A DNA stretch of 64,000 nucleotides from Pseudomonadota bacterium (GTDB taxonomy: Bacteria; Pseudomonadota; Alphaproteobacteria; Rhodospirillales; Magnetospirillaceae): positions 17,889 through 81,888 of the forward strand of contig JAJXUO010000009.1 of the NCBI GenBank assembly GCA_021782815.1, given 5' to 3'. Below, in pieces: positions 17,212-26,099 of this stretch. The notes beneath the pieces were generated by a model that worked only from the letters and a program-made list of their open reading frames with translations, was not told the DNA's origin and did no database searches. A program made the position numbers and the translations under genes. The number at the start of each line of letters is the position of its first letter. The stretch's first letter is position 1.

Positions 17212-17915
17212 CAGGCGCACCGGACCGGACGGTCGGGAAAACACAACTGGCCGCGGTCGCGCCAGCTGGGATGGACGTAGTTGATCTCCATCAGGCGGCG
17301 GATGCCGGCGATGGGGCGCTTTTCGTACCCATGCCAGGTATTTTCGCCGGGAATGAAGATGGTGGCGGAATTGAACTGGGAGGACGAGCGGCCGACCCAA
17401 CGCTTCTGGTCGTCGTAGATGTCGGTGCCCCAATCGGCGGCATCGGGGCCGGTGCACAGATAGATCACCATGGAGAACAGTTTTTCCGGCACGTCGTGGT
17501 GGGGTTCCAGCCAGGCGCCGTCGATATCCTGGATATATTCGGCGCGCAAATAACTGCCCTCGGCCTCGAACCCGCAGGTTTGCGCCAGCAGCCGGGCGAT
17601 ATCCGACCCCTGCAGCGCCTCGGTCAGGGCGGAGAAGACCGGAAAGCGCGCCTGCATGTCGGGGGTCAGGAAGGTGCGGATGTTGTTATCCACATCGCGC
17701 ACGCCGCGGCAATCCTCGATCAGCAGCGGCATGATGGGCAGGCCGATGATATTGAAGGCCACCGCTTCCGGCAGCATGTCGGTCAGCGACCAGTGCAGAT
17801 AGGGGCTTTCGTCGCGGCGGCAATCCAGCAGGGCCCGGCGGAAATGACGGGCGATGTCGGGCACCGGGGGAAGATCGAACAGGCTCACCGGGGAACACTC
17901 CGAAACGAAGATCAA
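17211..17915 (-). CDS. 2OG-Fe(II) oxygenase-like protein
   Basis: HxD...H facial triad candidates (EPHHDVPEK ... NTWHGYE). The start is uncertain: TTG at 17915, or GTG 27 nt downstream. Its stop overlaps the chorismatase-like start (TGATG). Confidence 0.6.
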   Translation of the reverse strand: MIFVSECSPVSLFDLPPVPDIARHFRRALLDCRRDESPYLHWSLTDMLPEAVAFNIIGLPIMPLLIEDCRGVRDVDNNIRTFLTPDMQARFPVFSALTEALQGSDIARLLAQTCGFEAEGSYLRAEYIQDIDGAWLEPHHDVPEKLFSMVIYLCTGPDAADWGTDIYDDQKRWVGRSSSQFNSATIFIPGENTWHGYEKRPIAGIRRLMEINYVHPSWRDRGQLCFPDRPVRCA

Positions 17916-18604
17916 TTACCGCCGCGGCGGAATTTGCGTGGCATCAGGCCCACCAGATTGCGCAGGCCGGGAATGGCCTTGGCAAAAGCGCTCAAGGAAT
18001 GGCGGGCGTAGGTTTTCCAGACATAGGACCGGCTGTCGACCCAGCAGAACTGCAGGCTCATGCGCTGCCCCTTCTGCGGCAGGAAGCCGTGATAGGAGCG
18101 ATCCGACACCTTGAACATCAGCATTTTGCCGAATTCGGGCGGGAACTCGAAGGCGCTGTCATCGCGGGAATTGCTGCGCAAAACCCGCAACCGGCCGCGT
18201 TCGTAAGGCCATTCCGGGCTGAAGCCCAGGATCACCGTCACGATCTTGTGGCGGCTGTCGGGATGGGCATAGCCCTCGTTGTAATGGCCGCTGGTGTTGC
18301 CCATCATCACGATGCTGGGATGGCAACCGGAAAGATCCACGCCGAACTTTTCCTCCACCAGCGCGCGGAAGCGCGGATTGAGCAGATCGTCCAGCACCGC
18401 CTTGAAACGGGGACCGTAGCGCAGGTTGGGAATACCGTAGGTGCCGCGATGCGGAATGCGCGGCGCATCGGCCAGAACCGCCTCCTTGTGGGAGAGCGGC
18501 ATGGCCTGATCGACGAAGGCGTAATCGTAAGGATCGCGCTGCAAGGGGGCGGCGGCGATGCTTTTTTCATCCAGAACGGCAAAAGGCCGGGCGGCGGCAC
18601 TCAT
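17912..18604 (-). CDS. 2OG-Fe(II) oxygenase superfamily protein
   Basis: ATG at 18602-18604 gives 230 aa. YAHPDSRHK (HxD) and RSYHGF (distal His). Confidence 0.7.
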   Translation of the reverse strand: MSAAARPFAVLDEKSIAAAPLQRDPYDYAFVDQAMPLSHKEAVLADAPRIPHRGTYGIPNLRYGPRFKAVLDDLLNPRFRALVEEKFGVDLSGCHPSIVMMGNTSGHYNEGYAHPDSRHKIVTVILGFSPEWPYERGRLRVLRSNSRDDSAFEFPPEFGKMLMFKVSDRSYHGFLPQKGQRMSLQFCWVDSRSYVWKTYARHSLSAFAKAIPGLRNLVGLMPRKFRRGGN

Positions 18605-18685
18605 GCGGGAACTCCAAGCCAAGGGTGTTACTGGGAACACGGCGTGGAGTGTGGCGATGTTGCTCTGGCAAAACCTTATCCACCG

Positions 18686-21178
18686 TCAAGATTTTGCCGC
18701 GATTTCCTCCAGAACCCGCAAAATCACAACATATTGAAAATTTTCCACCAAAGCGCCCAGATGTCGGCATAACGCCGGGGCATGGGGGCTTATGGCGTGC
18801 AGGGCCTCGTCGATGCGCGGGCGTTCCAGGCTTTCCAGGGCTTCGGCCAGGGCGGCCCGCAAGGGGGCGGGCACCGGGGCGAATTGCGCGGGCGTCAAGG
18901 CGATGGCGGTGTCGGGCGCCGCGTCGGCCGGCGGCGCCGCATAGCGGAATTCCACGCCCAGCTGGCGGGTCAGGCTGTCGTAGATTTCGCGGGAGCGGTA
19001 GGGCTTGCGGATGAAATCGTCCAGGCCCGCGCCCAGCATTTCGTCGCGCTGTTCGCGGAAGGCCGAGGCGGTGACGGCCACGATCTTCACGGCCGCGCCG
19101 CCCGGCCGGGCGCGGATCTGCCGGGCGCTTTCCAGGCCGTCCATCACCGGCATGCGGCGATCCATGAAGATGAGATCGGGATGCCAGCTGTCGAACAGTT
19201 CCACCGCCAGCTTGCCGTTTTCCGCCACCATCAGATCGTAGTTCAATGGGGCCAGCACCTTTTTCATCAGCAGCTGGTTCTCGGTCTGATCCTCGACGAT
19301 GAGAATGCGGCGGCGGGGCTGGCCCTCGGCCAGGCCGATCACGTCGCCCTCGTCCCGCGCCACCATCCGGTGCACGTCGCTTTCGCTGGCCGCCGTCAGC
19401 GGCAGATCCACCCGGAACAAGGTGCCCCGCCCCGGCTGGCTTTCCAGGCTGAGACGTCCCTGCATCAGGTGAACGAACTGCTGGGTGATGCTGAGGCCGA
19501 GACCGGTGCCGCGGCTGTCGCTGGCATCGCCCAATTGTACGAAGGGCTGAAAGATGGCGTTCTGTTCTTCCTGTCCGATGCCGGGGCCGGAATCCTCCAC
19601 CTCGATGATCAGATGGGCGATGGCGTTCTGGTGGGTGCCCAAACGCACCGTGACCCCGCCTTCCTCGGTGAATTTGATGGCGTTGCCGATGAGGTTCACC
19701 AGAATCTGCCGAACGCGCGCCTCGTCGCCCACGATGTAGCGGGGAAATTCCGAGGACTGGTCGTGCAGCAGGGTCAACCCCTTTTCGCTGGCGCGGATCC
19801 GCATCATCTCCATGATGTCGTGCACCAGGCCGCCCAGATCGAAGGGGGCGTGGGCCAGTTGCATCTGGCCGGCCTCGATCTTGGCCATGTCGAGAACGTC
19901 GTTGATGAGTTTCAGCAGATATTCGCCGCTGCGGTTGATGATGGAAAGCGTGCCGCGCTGTTCCTCCGAAAGGCCGCTATCGCGCCGCATCAGGGCGGAA
20001 AAGCCCAGGATGGCGTTCAAGGGTGTGCGCAGCTCGTGGCTCATATTGGCCAGGAACACGCTTTTGGCCCGGTTGGCGGCCTCGGCGGCGTTGCGCGCCA
20101 CCACCAGATCGGCGGTGCGTTGTTCCACCACCTCCTCGAGGTGGGTTTTATAACGCTGCAGCTCGGCTTCCGCCGCCAGCCGCTCGCCGATGTCGCGGGC
20201 CGAAATGGTCAGATAGCGCTGATTGTCCATGTCCATGCCGCGCGCCACCACCTCCACATCCATCAGGCTGCCGTCGGCGCGGCGGTGGCGGCTGCGGTAA
20301 AGCGTGGGCGCGCCCTGGGCGGCCCGTTCCAGCGCGAAGAGTTTTTCCGCCGGATAATCGGGATCCCAATCGGCGGCGTTGAGGGGGGGCGGCGTCTTGG
20401 GGGAATAGCCGAGATTGCGCCAGAAGGAATCGCTGGCCTCCACCAGATCGCCGGAGGCGTTGATGACATGGATGCCGTCCACCGAGGTTTTCAGCAAGGC
20501 CTGGTAGCGTACGGCGTCGCGGGCCATGCCCGCCACCACCGACAGCCCGGCGACGGCGATCAGCACCGCCATCACCACCAGGACGCTGGCGGTGCCGATC
20601 CGGGCCCGGGCATAGGCGGCCAGAGCGGCGGTGACGCTGCTGGCCCCCGCGGTTTTGGCGCGGGCGATGGCGGTGAGAACGGGAGCGCGGGTGGCGGTGA
20701 AGGCCGCGTGCTCCTTGTGGGAAAACAGATCGATGGGCCCCTTGTCCTCGCCGCGCAGCAGCATCTCGGCCAGATCGCGGGTATGGGCCCGCCATTGCGG
20801 CCAGGCCTGGTCGAAGGCGGCCAGATCGGCCTGGGTGGCGCCATCGTCGGCCAGGGGGCGCAGGGCGGCGCGGGCGCTGGCGATGCGTTGGGAAATGCCG
20901 GTCAGGGCGGTCTCCACCTCGCTGATGCCGGCATAATCGTTGATCAGGCCATAGGCCAGCAGACGTCCCTCGGCCAGACGATATTCGTCCAGGGTGTTGT
21001 TCAGGGTGCTCAAGGCCACGGCCAGCGGCAGGCGGCGGTTGCCCAGATGTTCGGCGCGGGTGCTGATGTCGCGCAGGGTCATGCTGGCATAAAGGGCCAG
21101 CCCCACCACCAGCAGCAGCAAACCGGCGAACAGGCCGGTGATCCGGGCTTTGCGGGAAAGGGTGCGCCACCGTTCCAT
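18686..21178 (-). CDS. Hybrid sensor histidine kinase (periplasmic helical sensor, PAS, HisKA, HATPase, REC)
   Basis: N-terminal TM, a roughly 170-aa helical periplasmic domain and a second TM. PAS follows, then H-box SHELRTPLN, G-boxes (DSGPGI, GTGLGLSI) and a receiver (ILIVEDQ...DLIFMDRRMPVMDG...KP). Confidence 0.9.
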   Translation of the reverse strand: MERWRTLSRKARITGLFAGLLLLVVGLALYASMTLRDISTRAEHLGNRRLPLAVALSTLNNTLDEYRLAEGRLLAYGLINDYAGISEVETALTGISQRIASARAALRPLADDGATQADLAAFDQAWPQWRAHTRDLAEMLLRGEDKGPIDLFSHKEHAAFTATRAPVLTAIARAKTAGASSVTAALAAYARARIGTASVLVVMAVLIAVAGLSVVAGMARDAVRYQALLKTSVDGIHVINASGDLVEASDSFWRNLGYSPKTPPPLNAADWDPDYPAEKLFALERAAQGAPTLYRSRHRRADGSLMDVEVVARGMDMDNQRYLTISARDIGERLAAEAELQRYKTHLEEVVEQRTADLVVARNAAEAANRAKSVFLANMSHELRTPLNAILGFSALMRRDSGLSEEQRGTLSIINRSGEYLLKLINDVLDMAKIEAGQMQLAHAPFDLGGLVHDIMEMMRIRASEKGLTLLHDQSSEFPRYIVGDEARVRQILVNLIGNAIKFTEEGGVTVRLGTHQNAIAHLIIEVEDSGPGIGQEEQNAIFQPFVQLGDASDSRGTGLGLSITQQFVHLMQGRLSLESQPGRGTLFRVDLPLTAASESDVHRMVARDEGDVIGLAEGQPRRRILIVEDQTENQLLMKKVLAPLNYDLMVAENGKLAVELFDSWHPDLIFMDRRMPVMDGLESARQIRARPGGAAVKIVAVTASAFREQRDEMLGAGLDDFIRKPYRSREIYDSLTRQLGVEFRYAAPPADAAPDTAIALTPAQFAPVPAPLRAALAEALESLERPRIDEALHAISPHAPALCRHLGALVENFQYVVILRVLEEIAAKS

Positions 21179-21493
21179 GGATTGCCTCCAATCCGGCCTC
21201 TGCTGCCTTTGGCCGCGTTCCCTCCGGAAACGGCGTGGCTATGGGCCCGAAAGTTCGGGCATGGTGCCGCTTTACGTTGTGTTAAAGTAAAGAGGAGTTC
21301 AGTCTGAAGCAGTCTGGCGGTGCTGTCAGTACGAAAAGTGATCTGCGTCAGGGTCATCGGGTGAACGCGCGATCGTTGCCCGCTTGAAGGGGCTTTTCGC
21401 CGCGTTGGCCCATTGAGGGCCCGCGCAAGCGTTTGCGCGAAAGCCAAGCTGGCGGCCGGCCCGCGCCCGGCGCCTGAGCGGACATGTGAAAAC

Positions 21494-21523
21494 CAGGGCA
21501 ATCGGCTTCGCCCGATTGCCCTG
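21494..21523 (+). promoter_or_regulatory. Perfect 12-bp stem-loop in the leader of the binding-protein gene
   Basis: CAGGGCAATCGG (21494-21505) pairs with CCGATTGCCCTG (21512-21523) across a 6-nt loop, 25 nt upstream of the proposed GTG start. Confidence 0.5.
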
Positions 21524-21548
21524 TGATCTGCGCAGACGGGAGGTGGAC

Positions 21549-22667
21549 GTGGGGTGGAATTGGCATCCTCTGATCCGGCCGCGCGCCGGCGGTGCGGCCG
21601 TGATGTGCCTGCTGCTGGTCATGGCGCTTCCGGCCCATGCCGATCATCTGGCCGACGCCCGCGCCGATCTGGCCCGCTATACCAGTCATAAAACCCGGTG
21701 GGACGGGCCCACCGACGGCCCCCGCGCCGCACGGGGCAAAAGCATCGCCATCATCGCCGCCGATCTGCGCAATGGCGGGGTGATGGGCGTGGCCGAGGGT
21801 ATCCGCGAGGCGGCCCACGTCATCGGCTGGCAGGTCATGCTGTTCGACGGGCACGGCAGCGCGCGGGGCCGGAGCATCGCCATGAAACGGGCCCTGGCCA
21901 TGAAGGCCGACGGCATCGTCATCGATGGTTTCGACGTCAACGAGCAGCGCGCCGCCCTGGCGGCGGCGGCCATGGCGCATGTCGCGGTGGTGAGCTGGCA
22001 TGGCGCCCCCGGTGTCGGTCCGGTGCCGGGCACCCCCCTCTTCGCCAACGTCACCACCACGGTGCGCGACGTGGCCCGGGCGGCGGCGGAATGGGTGCTG
22101 GTGGACGGCAAGGGCCATCCCGGCGTGGTGATCTTCACCGACAGCTCCTTTTCCATCGCCATGTCGAAAGCCCGCCGCATGGCCGAGATCATCGACGCCG
22201 ACGGCGGCAAGGTGCTGTCGGTCGAGGATGTGCCCATCGCCGAGACCGCCGAGCGCATACCGGTGCTGACCCATCTGCTGTTGCACATGTACGGCCCGGC
22301 CTGGACCCATTCCCTGGCCATCAACGATCGTTATTTCACCTATACCGGTCCGGCCCTGGCCGCCGAGGGCGTGGCCGGAAACGCCCCTCCCATCGCCGTG
22401 GCGGCGGGCGACGGCTCGCCCCAGGCCTATCAACGGGTGCGCGACGGCCGCTATCAGGCGGTGACGGTGGCCGAGCCCCTGTGCCTGCAGGGCTGGCAAT
22501 TGGTGGACGAGCTCAACCGCGCCTTCGCCGGACGGCCCTGGTCGGGCTATGTGGCCCCGCTGCAGGTGGTGACCCGGGACAATATCGACCGCGACGGCGG
22601 GCGCGATAATCATTTCGATCCCGACAACCAGTACCGCGCCCATTACCGGGCCATTTGGGGACGTTGA
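21549..22667 (+). CDS. Periplasmic binding protein (sugar-binding / LacI-type PBP fold)
   Basis: GTG at 21549 with GGGAGG 5 nt upstream. Signal peptide ...AAVMCLLLVMALPAHA. The two-lobe PBP pattern is present (IAIIAADLRNGGV..., ADGIVIDGFD, VVIFTDSS). The start is uncertain, since the ORF opens at 21486. Confidence 0.8.
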   Translation: MGWNWHPLIRPRAGGAAVMCLLLVMALPAHADHLADARADLARYTSHKTRWDGPTDGPRAARGKSIAIIAADLRNGGVMGVAEGIREAAHVIGWQVMLFDGHGSARGRSIAMKRALAMKADGIVIDGFDVNEQRAALAAAAMAHVAVVSWHGAPGVGPVPGTPLFANVTTTVRDVARAAAEWVLVDGKGHPGVVIFTDSSFSIAMSKARRMAEIIDADGGKVLSVEDVPIAETAERIPVLTHLLLHMYGPAWTHSLAINDRYFTYTGPALAAEGVAGNAPPIAVAAGDGSPQAYQRVRDGRYQAVTVAEPLCLQGWQLVDELNRAFAGRPWSGYVAPLQVVTRDNIDRDGGRDNHFDPDNQYRAHYRAIWGR

Positions 22668-22689
22668 CCGGGACCGCGCGACATGCGGG

Positions 22690-24207
22690 ATGCATTTTCA
22701 GGATCAACATCGTTCGGGTGACGCCATGACCTCTTCCGCCACGTCCTCATTCTGCGGCAACATCCTGATCGTCGACGACCTGCCGGCCAATTTACAGCTG
22801 CTCTCCGATATTCTGCTGCGCGAGGGCTATGCCGTGCGGGCCGCGCCCGATGGCCGCATGGCCCTGAAGGCGGTGGCGCAGCGCCTGCCCGATCTGATCC
22901 TGCTGGATGTGAAGATGCCGGAAATGGACGGGCTGGAGGTCTGCCGCCTGCTGAAGGAGAATCCGGCCAGCCGTCATGTGCCGGTGATCTTTCTCAGCGC
23001 CTATCAGGAAACCGCCGACAAGCTGGCCGGTTTCGCGGCCGGCGGCGTCGATTACATCGGCAAGCCCTTCATCGCCGAGGAGGTGCTGGCCCGCGTGCGC
23101 ACCCATGTGTCGCTCTATGATTTGCAGGTCCGTCTGGAAGAGCGGGTCATGCAGCGCACCCGGGCCTTGCGTATGCTGTCGGCGGGGAATCTGGCGTTGG
23201 CACAGGGACGGACCGAGCCGGACCTGCTGGAGGCCATGGCCCGCGTCATCGTCGAGCAGGGGCAATATCCCGCCGTCCGTCTGCGCTTGATCAGCGACGA
23301 AGGGGTGACCTTGCGGGCGGCCGAGGCCGGCGACAGAAGCGTGCTGGCCGTGGCCCCGCTCGACGGCTTCGGCCGCCCGCCCGCCCTGCGCGGCCTGCAC
23401 GAACTGGCTCTGGACGGCGAAAGCCGGGCCCGCTTCGCCCGTTTCGGCATTCACGCCCTGCTCACCCTGCATCTCGGCGGCGACACCCTGCGCGGCGCCA
23501 TCGGCGTGCTGACGGTTTTTTGCGCCAAACCGTTCGCCGATATCGCCGAGGAGGAACGCGCCCTGCTGGTGGAACTGGCGGGCAATCTCAGCTATGGCCT
23601 GACCGCCCTGGCCGCGCGCCGCAAGCTGGAGCAGATGTTTGAACAGACCATTCAGGCCATCGCCGCCACGGTGGAGAAGCGTGATCCCTACACCGCCGGT
23701 CATCAGCGCCGGGTGGCGGGCATCGCCACGGCCATCGCCCGCCAGATCGGCATGGACGAGCACCAGATCAAGGGCGTCTATCTGGCCAGCATCATCCACG
23801 ACATCGGCAAAATCGGCGTGCCGGTGGAAATCCTGACCCGCTCGGGCAAGCTCAGCAGCCACGAAATGGGATTGATCCAGGAACATCCCCGCATCGGTCA
23901 CGATGTGGTCAAGGAGATCGAATTTCCCTGGCCGGTGCCGGCGATCATCCTGCAGCACCATGAACGCATCGACGGCTCGGGCTATCCCTTCGGTCTCAAG
24001 GACAACGAGATCGTGCCCGAGGCCAAGATCGTGGCGGTGGCCGACGTGCTCGACGCCATCTCCTCGCACCGGCCCTACCGCCCGGCCCTGGGGATGGATG
24101 TGGCCATCCAGGAACTGCTGACGCACAAGGGCGCCCTTTATGATCCCGGTGTCGTCGAGGCCTGCATCGCCGTGGTGAACGAGGGCGGCGTCGCGGCGGG
24201 GCCGTAA
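22690..24207 (+). CDS. Response regulator with GAF-like and HD-GYP domains (c-di-GMP phosphodiesterase type)
   Basis: REC (ILIVDDLPANL...DLILLDVKMPEMDG...KPF), a central GAF-like segment, then HDIGKIGVP and HHERIDGSGYPFGL. An alternative start is ATG 22726. Confidence 0.9.
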   Translation: MHFQDQHRSGDAMTSSATSSFCGNILIVDDLPANLQLLSDILLREGYAVRAAPDGRMALKAVAQRLPDLILLDVKMPEMDGLEVCRLLKENPASRHVPVIFLSAYQETADKLAGFAAGGVDYIGKPFIAEEVLARVRTHVSLYDLQVRLEERVMQRTRALRMLSAGNLALAQGRTEPDLLEAMARVIVEQGQYPAVRLRLISDEGVTLRAAEAGDRSVLAVAPLDGFGRPPALRGLHELALDGESRARFARFGIHALLTLHLGGDTLRGAIGVLTVFCAKPFADIAEEERALLVELAGNLSYGLTALAARRKLEQMFEQTIQAIAATVEKRDPYTAGHQRRVAGIATAIARQIGMDEHQIKGVYLASIIHDIGKIGVPVEILTRSGKLSSHEMGLIQEHPRIGHDVVKEIEFPWPVPAIILQHHERIDGSGYPFGLKDNEIVPEAKIVAVADVLDAISSHRPYRPALGMDVAIQELLTHKGALYDPGVVEACIAVVNEGGVAAGP

Positions 24208-24216
24208 TACCAAATT

Positions 24217-24400
24217 GCAGTGATCGGAACCGATCACTGCACCCTCATGCGCCGGGCGGGTTTCTCCGAAACCCTTGGCGTCGTGCCTGATGGCGCGCTT
24301 TGCCTCACCGTGCCTGATGGCGCGCTTTGCCTCACCGCGCCATCAGGCGCGCGTCGCCTTGCTCCTAACCGGCGTCGCGATGAGTCAAACTCATCGCGAC
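24217..24400. repeat. Cluster of four stem-loops including a 27-bp tandem duplication
   Basis: Stem-loops: 24217-24240 (11-bp arms), 24258-24274 (7-bp arms) and 24374-24400 (11-bp arms). GTGCCTGATGGCGCGCTTTGCCTCACC occurs twice (24283-24309, 24310-24336). It is followed by GCGCCATCAGGC (24337-24348), the complement of the repeat core. Confidence 0.7.
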
Positions 24401-24416
24401 TTGGTATAAGCGCTCC

Positions 24417-24791
24417 TCACTCCTGCCGGGGCAGGCGGTCGTGTTGCAGAATGTCGATGAAGGTCTGGATCGGACAGGGTTTGCGTAAGACCGCGGCGAA
24501 CCCCGCCTGCCGGGCCTCGTCGGCGATACTGTCCGGCGGTACGGCCGTCAGGGCGAAAATCCGCCCCTCCTCCATGAGCGGGCGGATTTTCCGGGCCACG
24601 TCCAGGCCGCTTTCCTGGGCCAGACGGATGTCGAGGAAAGCGATGTCGGGTTTGAACTGCCGGACGATCTCCTCGATGGCGGTCCCATCGTTTTCGCCGC
24701 GCACGTCGCATCCCAGGCTTTCCATCAACTGGACATGCAATTTCAGGGTCAGGGGATTGTCATCCACGATAAGAACGCGATGCAAGGGCAT
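24417..24791 (-). CDS. Single-domain response regulator (CheY-like)
   Basis: VLIVDDNP, IAFLDIRL, ALTA and RKP give the complete receiver signature. 124 aa. Confidence 0.9.
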   Translation of the reverse strand: MPLHRVLIVDDNPLTLKLHVQLMESLGCDVRGENDGTAIEEIVRQFKPDIAFLDIRLAQESGLDVARKIRPLMEEGRIFALTAVPPDSIADEARQAGFAAVLRKPCPIQTFIDILQHDRLPRQE

Positions 24792-24812
24792 ACCTCGGCT
24801 GGGGGATCGGTT

Positions 24813-26099
24813 TTAAAAAAGCTCAATGTCCGTATCGTCGTCGGGTTGCGGCGTTTCCTCCCGGGCCTGCCGCTGTTGCTGCCGTTTGGCCTCAAGCCGA
24901 TTGCGGCAGGCCTGCAGAACGGCATCCAGGCGGTTGCGGATGGCGGTATTGATATCCTCGAGCGACATCTCCTGGCGCGCGCTCATCTCGGCCACCGATT
25001 GATCGATGGCGGTGATGATGCCTTCGAAGTCCTCCACCATATCGCCCAGATGGTCCTTGATGGCATCCTGGAAATTAATCCCGGACATCATCTCCCGGAT
25101 CGGTTCGGCCAGCCGTTCGTTCTCCTCGGTCACTTTCAGCAGCGAGGTTTCCTCGTAGGCGATCAGATCGCGCAGATTGTCGGCCAGCCCGTTGACGGCG
25201 GAGGAAATGGCGGCGAACCCCTCCTCCTCCTTGCCGTTGCGGTCGAAGATGATGGCCTGCAAACTGGATGTCACCGCCGCTTCCAGCTTGGCGATGCCGT
25301 CGCCGATCTGCACGGCGGCCTGATCGGAGCGCTGCGACAGATCCTTCACCTCCGCGGCCACCACGGCGAAGCCGCGGCCCATCTCTCCGGCCCGCGCCGC
25401 CTCGATGGTGGCGTTCAAGGCCAGCATGCGCGTGCGGTGCGACAGGCTGCGCACGATCCCGACGATCTGCCCCAGATCGTTCACCAGCCGCCCGATATCC
25501 TCCGAGGCGGTTCGCACCCTTGCGGCATCCCGGGCGCGATTTTCCGAAAACGCATCGATCAGGGCGCGGCTGTCGGCCACCTGATCGTTGGCGGCGCTGA
25601 TGGTGTCCATGAAGTTCTGACGCGAGTTGGTGGTGAAATTCAGCACCCGCTCCATGCCGGTCTGCACCATGCACAACTGGCTCATCAGGCGTACGTCGTT
25701 GTCGCCGGTATCGCGCACCACCCCGGCCACTTCGGTGCGCAATTCCTCGGAAAATCCCCGGAACGAGGAGAGAATCTCGGCCACCGAGACCGACATGGCG
25801 AAAACCTGCTCCGACATGACGGCGCCGACGGGCGGCGACGGCGCAGCCATCGGGGGGGCTGCGGCGGCAAGGACGGAATCAGTCGGGAGGGGGGCGGTTT
25901 CCTGGCGGCGAATTAGAAAAAAAGCGGCCGGTGTGAAAAGGCAGAAAAATATAACAACTTGTATAAAAACGAAATAAACAACATTTAATCTAAAAATCTG
26001 GGCGCAAATAGCGTCTGAGCACAAAACTGATAGTATGGAAGCTGCGGTCATGAGGACGGATAATTTGATTTTACAATTTATCCGAGATGTGCAGTTCAT
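24813..26099 (-). CDS. Methyl-accepting chemotaxis protein-like transducer (short, no recognisable ligand domain)
   Basis: MCP signalling hairpin [33 protein letters not shown]. An N-terminal hydrophobic helix (VVYFVFIQVVIFFCLFTPAAFFLI) is encoded in AT-rich DNA. The start is uncertain (26099, 26051, or downstream ATGs at 25850/25817). Confidence 0.8.
   Translation of the reverse strand: MNCTSRINCKIKLSVLMTAASILSVLCSDAICAQIFRLNVVYFVFIQVVIFFCLFTPAAFFLIRRQETAPLPTDSVLAAAAPPMAAPSPPVGAVMSEQVFAMSVSVAEILSSFRGFSEELRTEVAGVVRDTGDNDVRLMSQLCMVQTGMERVLNFTTNSRQNFMDTISAANDQVADSRALIDAFSENRARDAARVRTASEDIGRLVNDLGQIVGIVRSLSHRTRMLALNATIEAARAGEMGRGFAVVAAEVKDLSQRSDQAAVQIGDGIAKLEAAVTSSLQAIIFDRNGKEEEGFAAISSAVNGLADNLRDLIAYEETSLLKVTEENERLAEPIREMMSGINFQDAIKDHLGDMVEDFEGIITAIDQSVAEMSARQEMSLEDINTAIRNRLDAVLQACRNRLEAKRQQQRQAREETPQPDDDTDIELF

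Noticed and set aside
18686-18990. Possible Hpt domain at the C-terminus of the hybrid kinase.
   Set aside because: The roughly 100-aa helical tail lacks the HxxKG phosphorelay signature, so I did not annotate an Hpt domain.
24220-24816. 198-aa plus-strand ORF starting in the hairpin cluster.
   Set aside because: It runs antisense to the complete CheY-like receiver gene, and its translation is Ser/Arg/Cys-rich without motifs.
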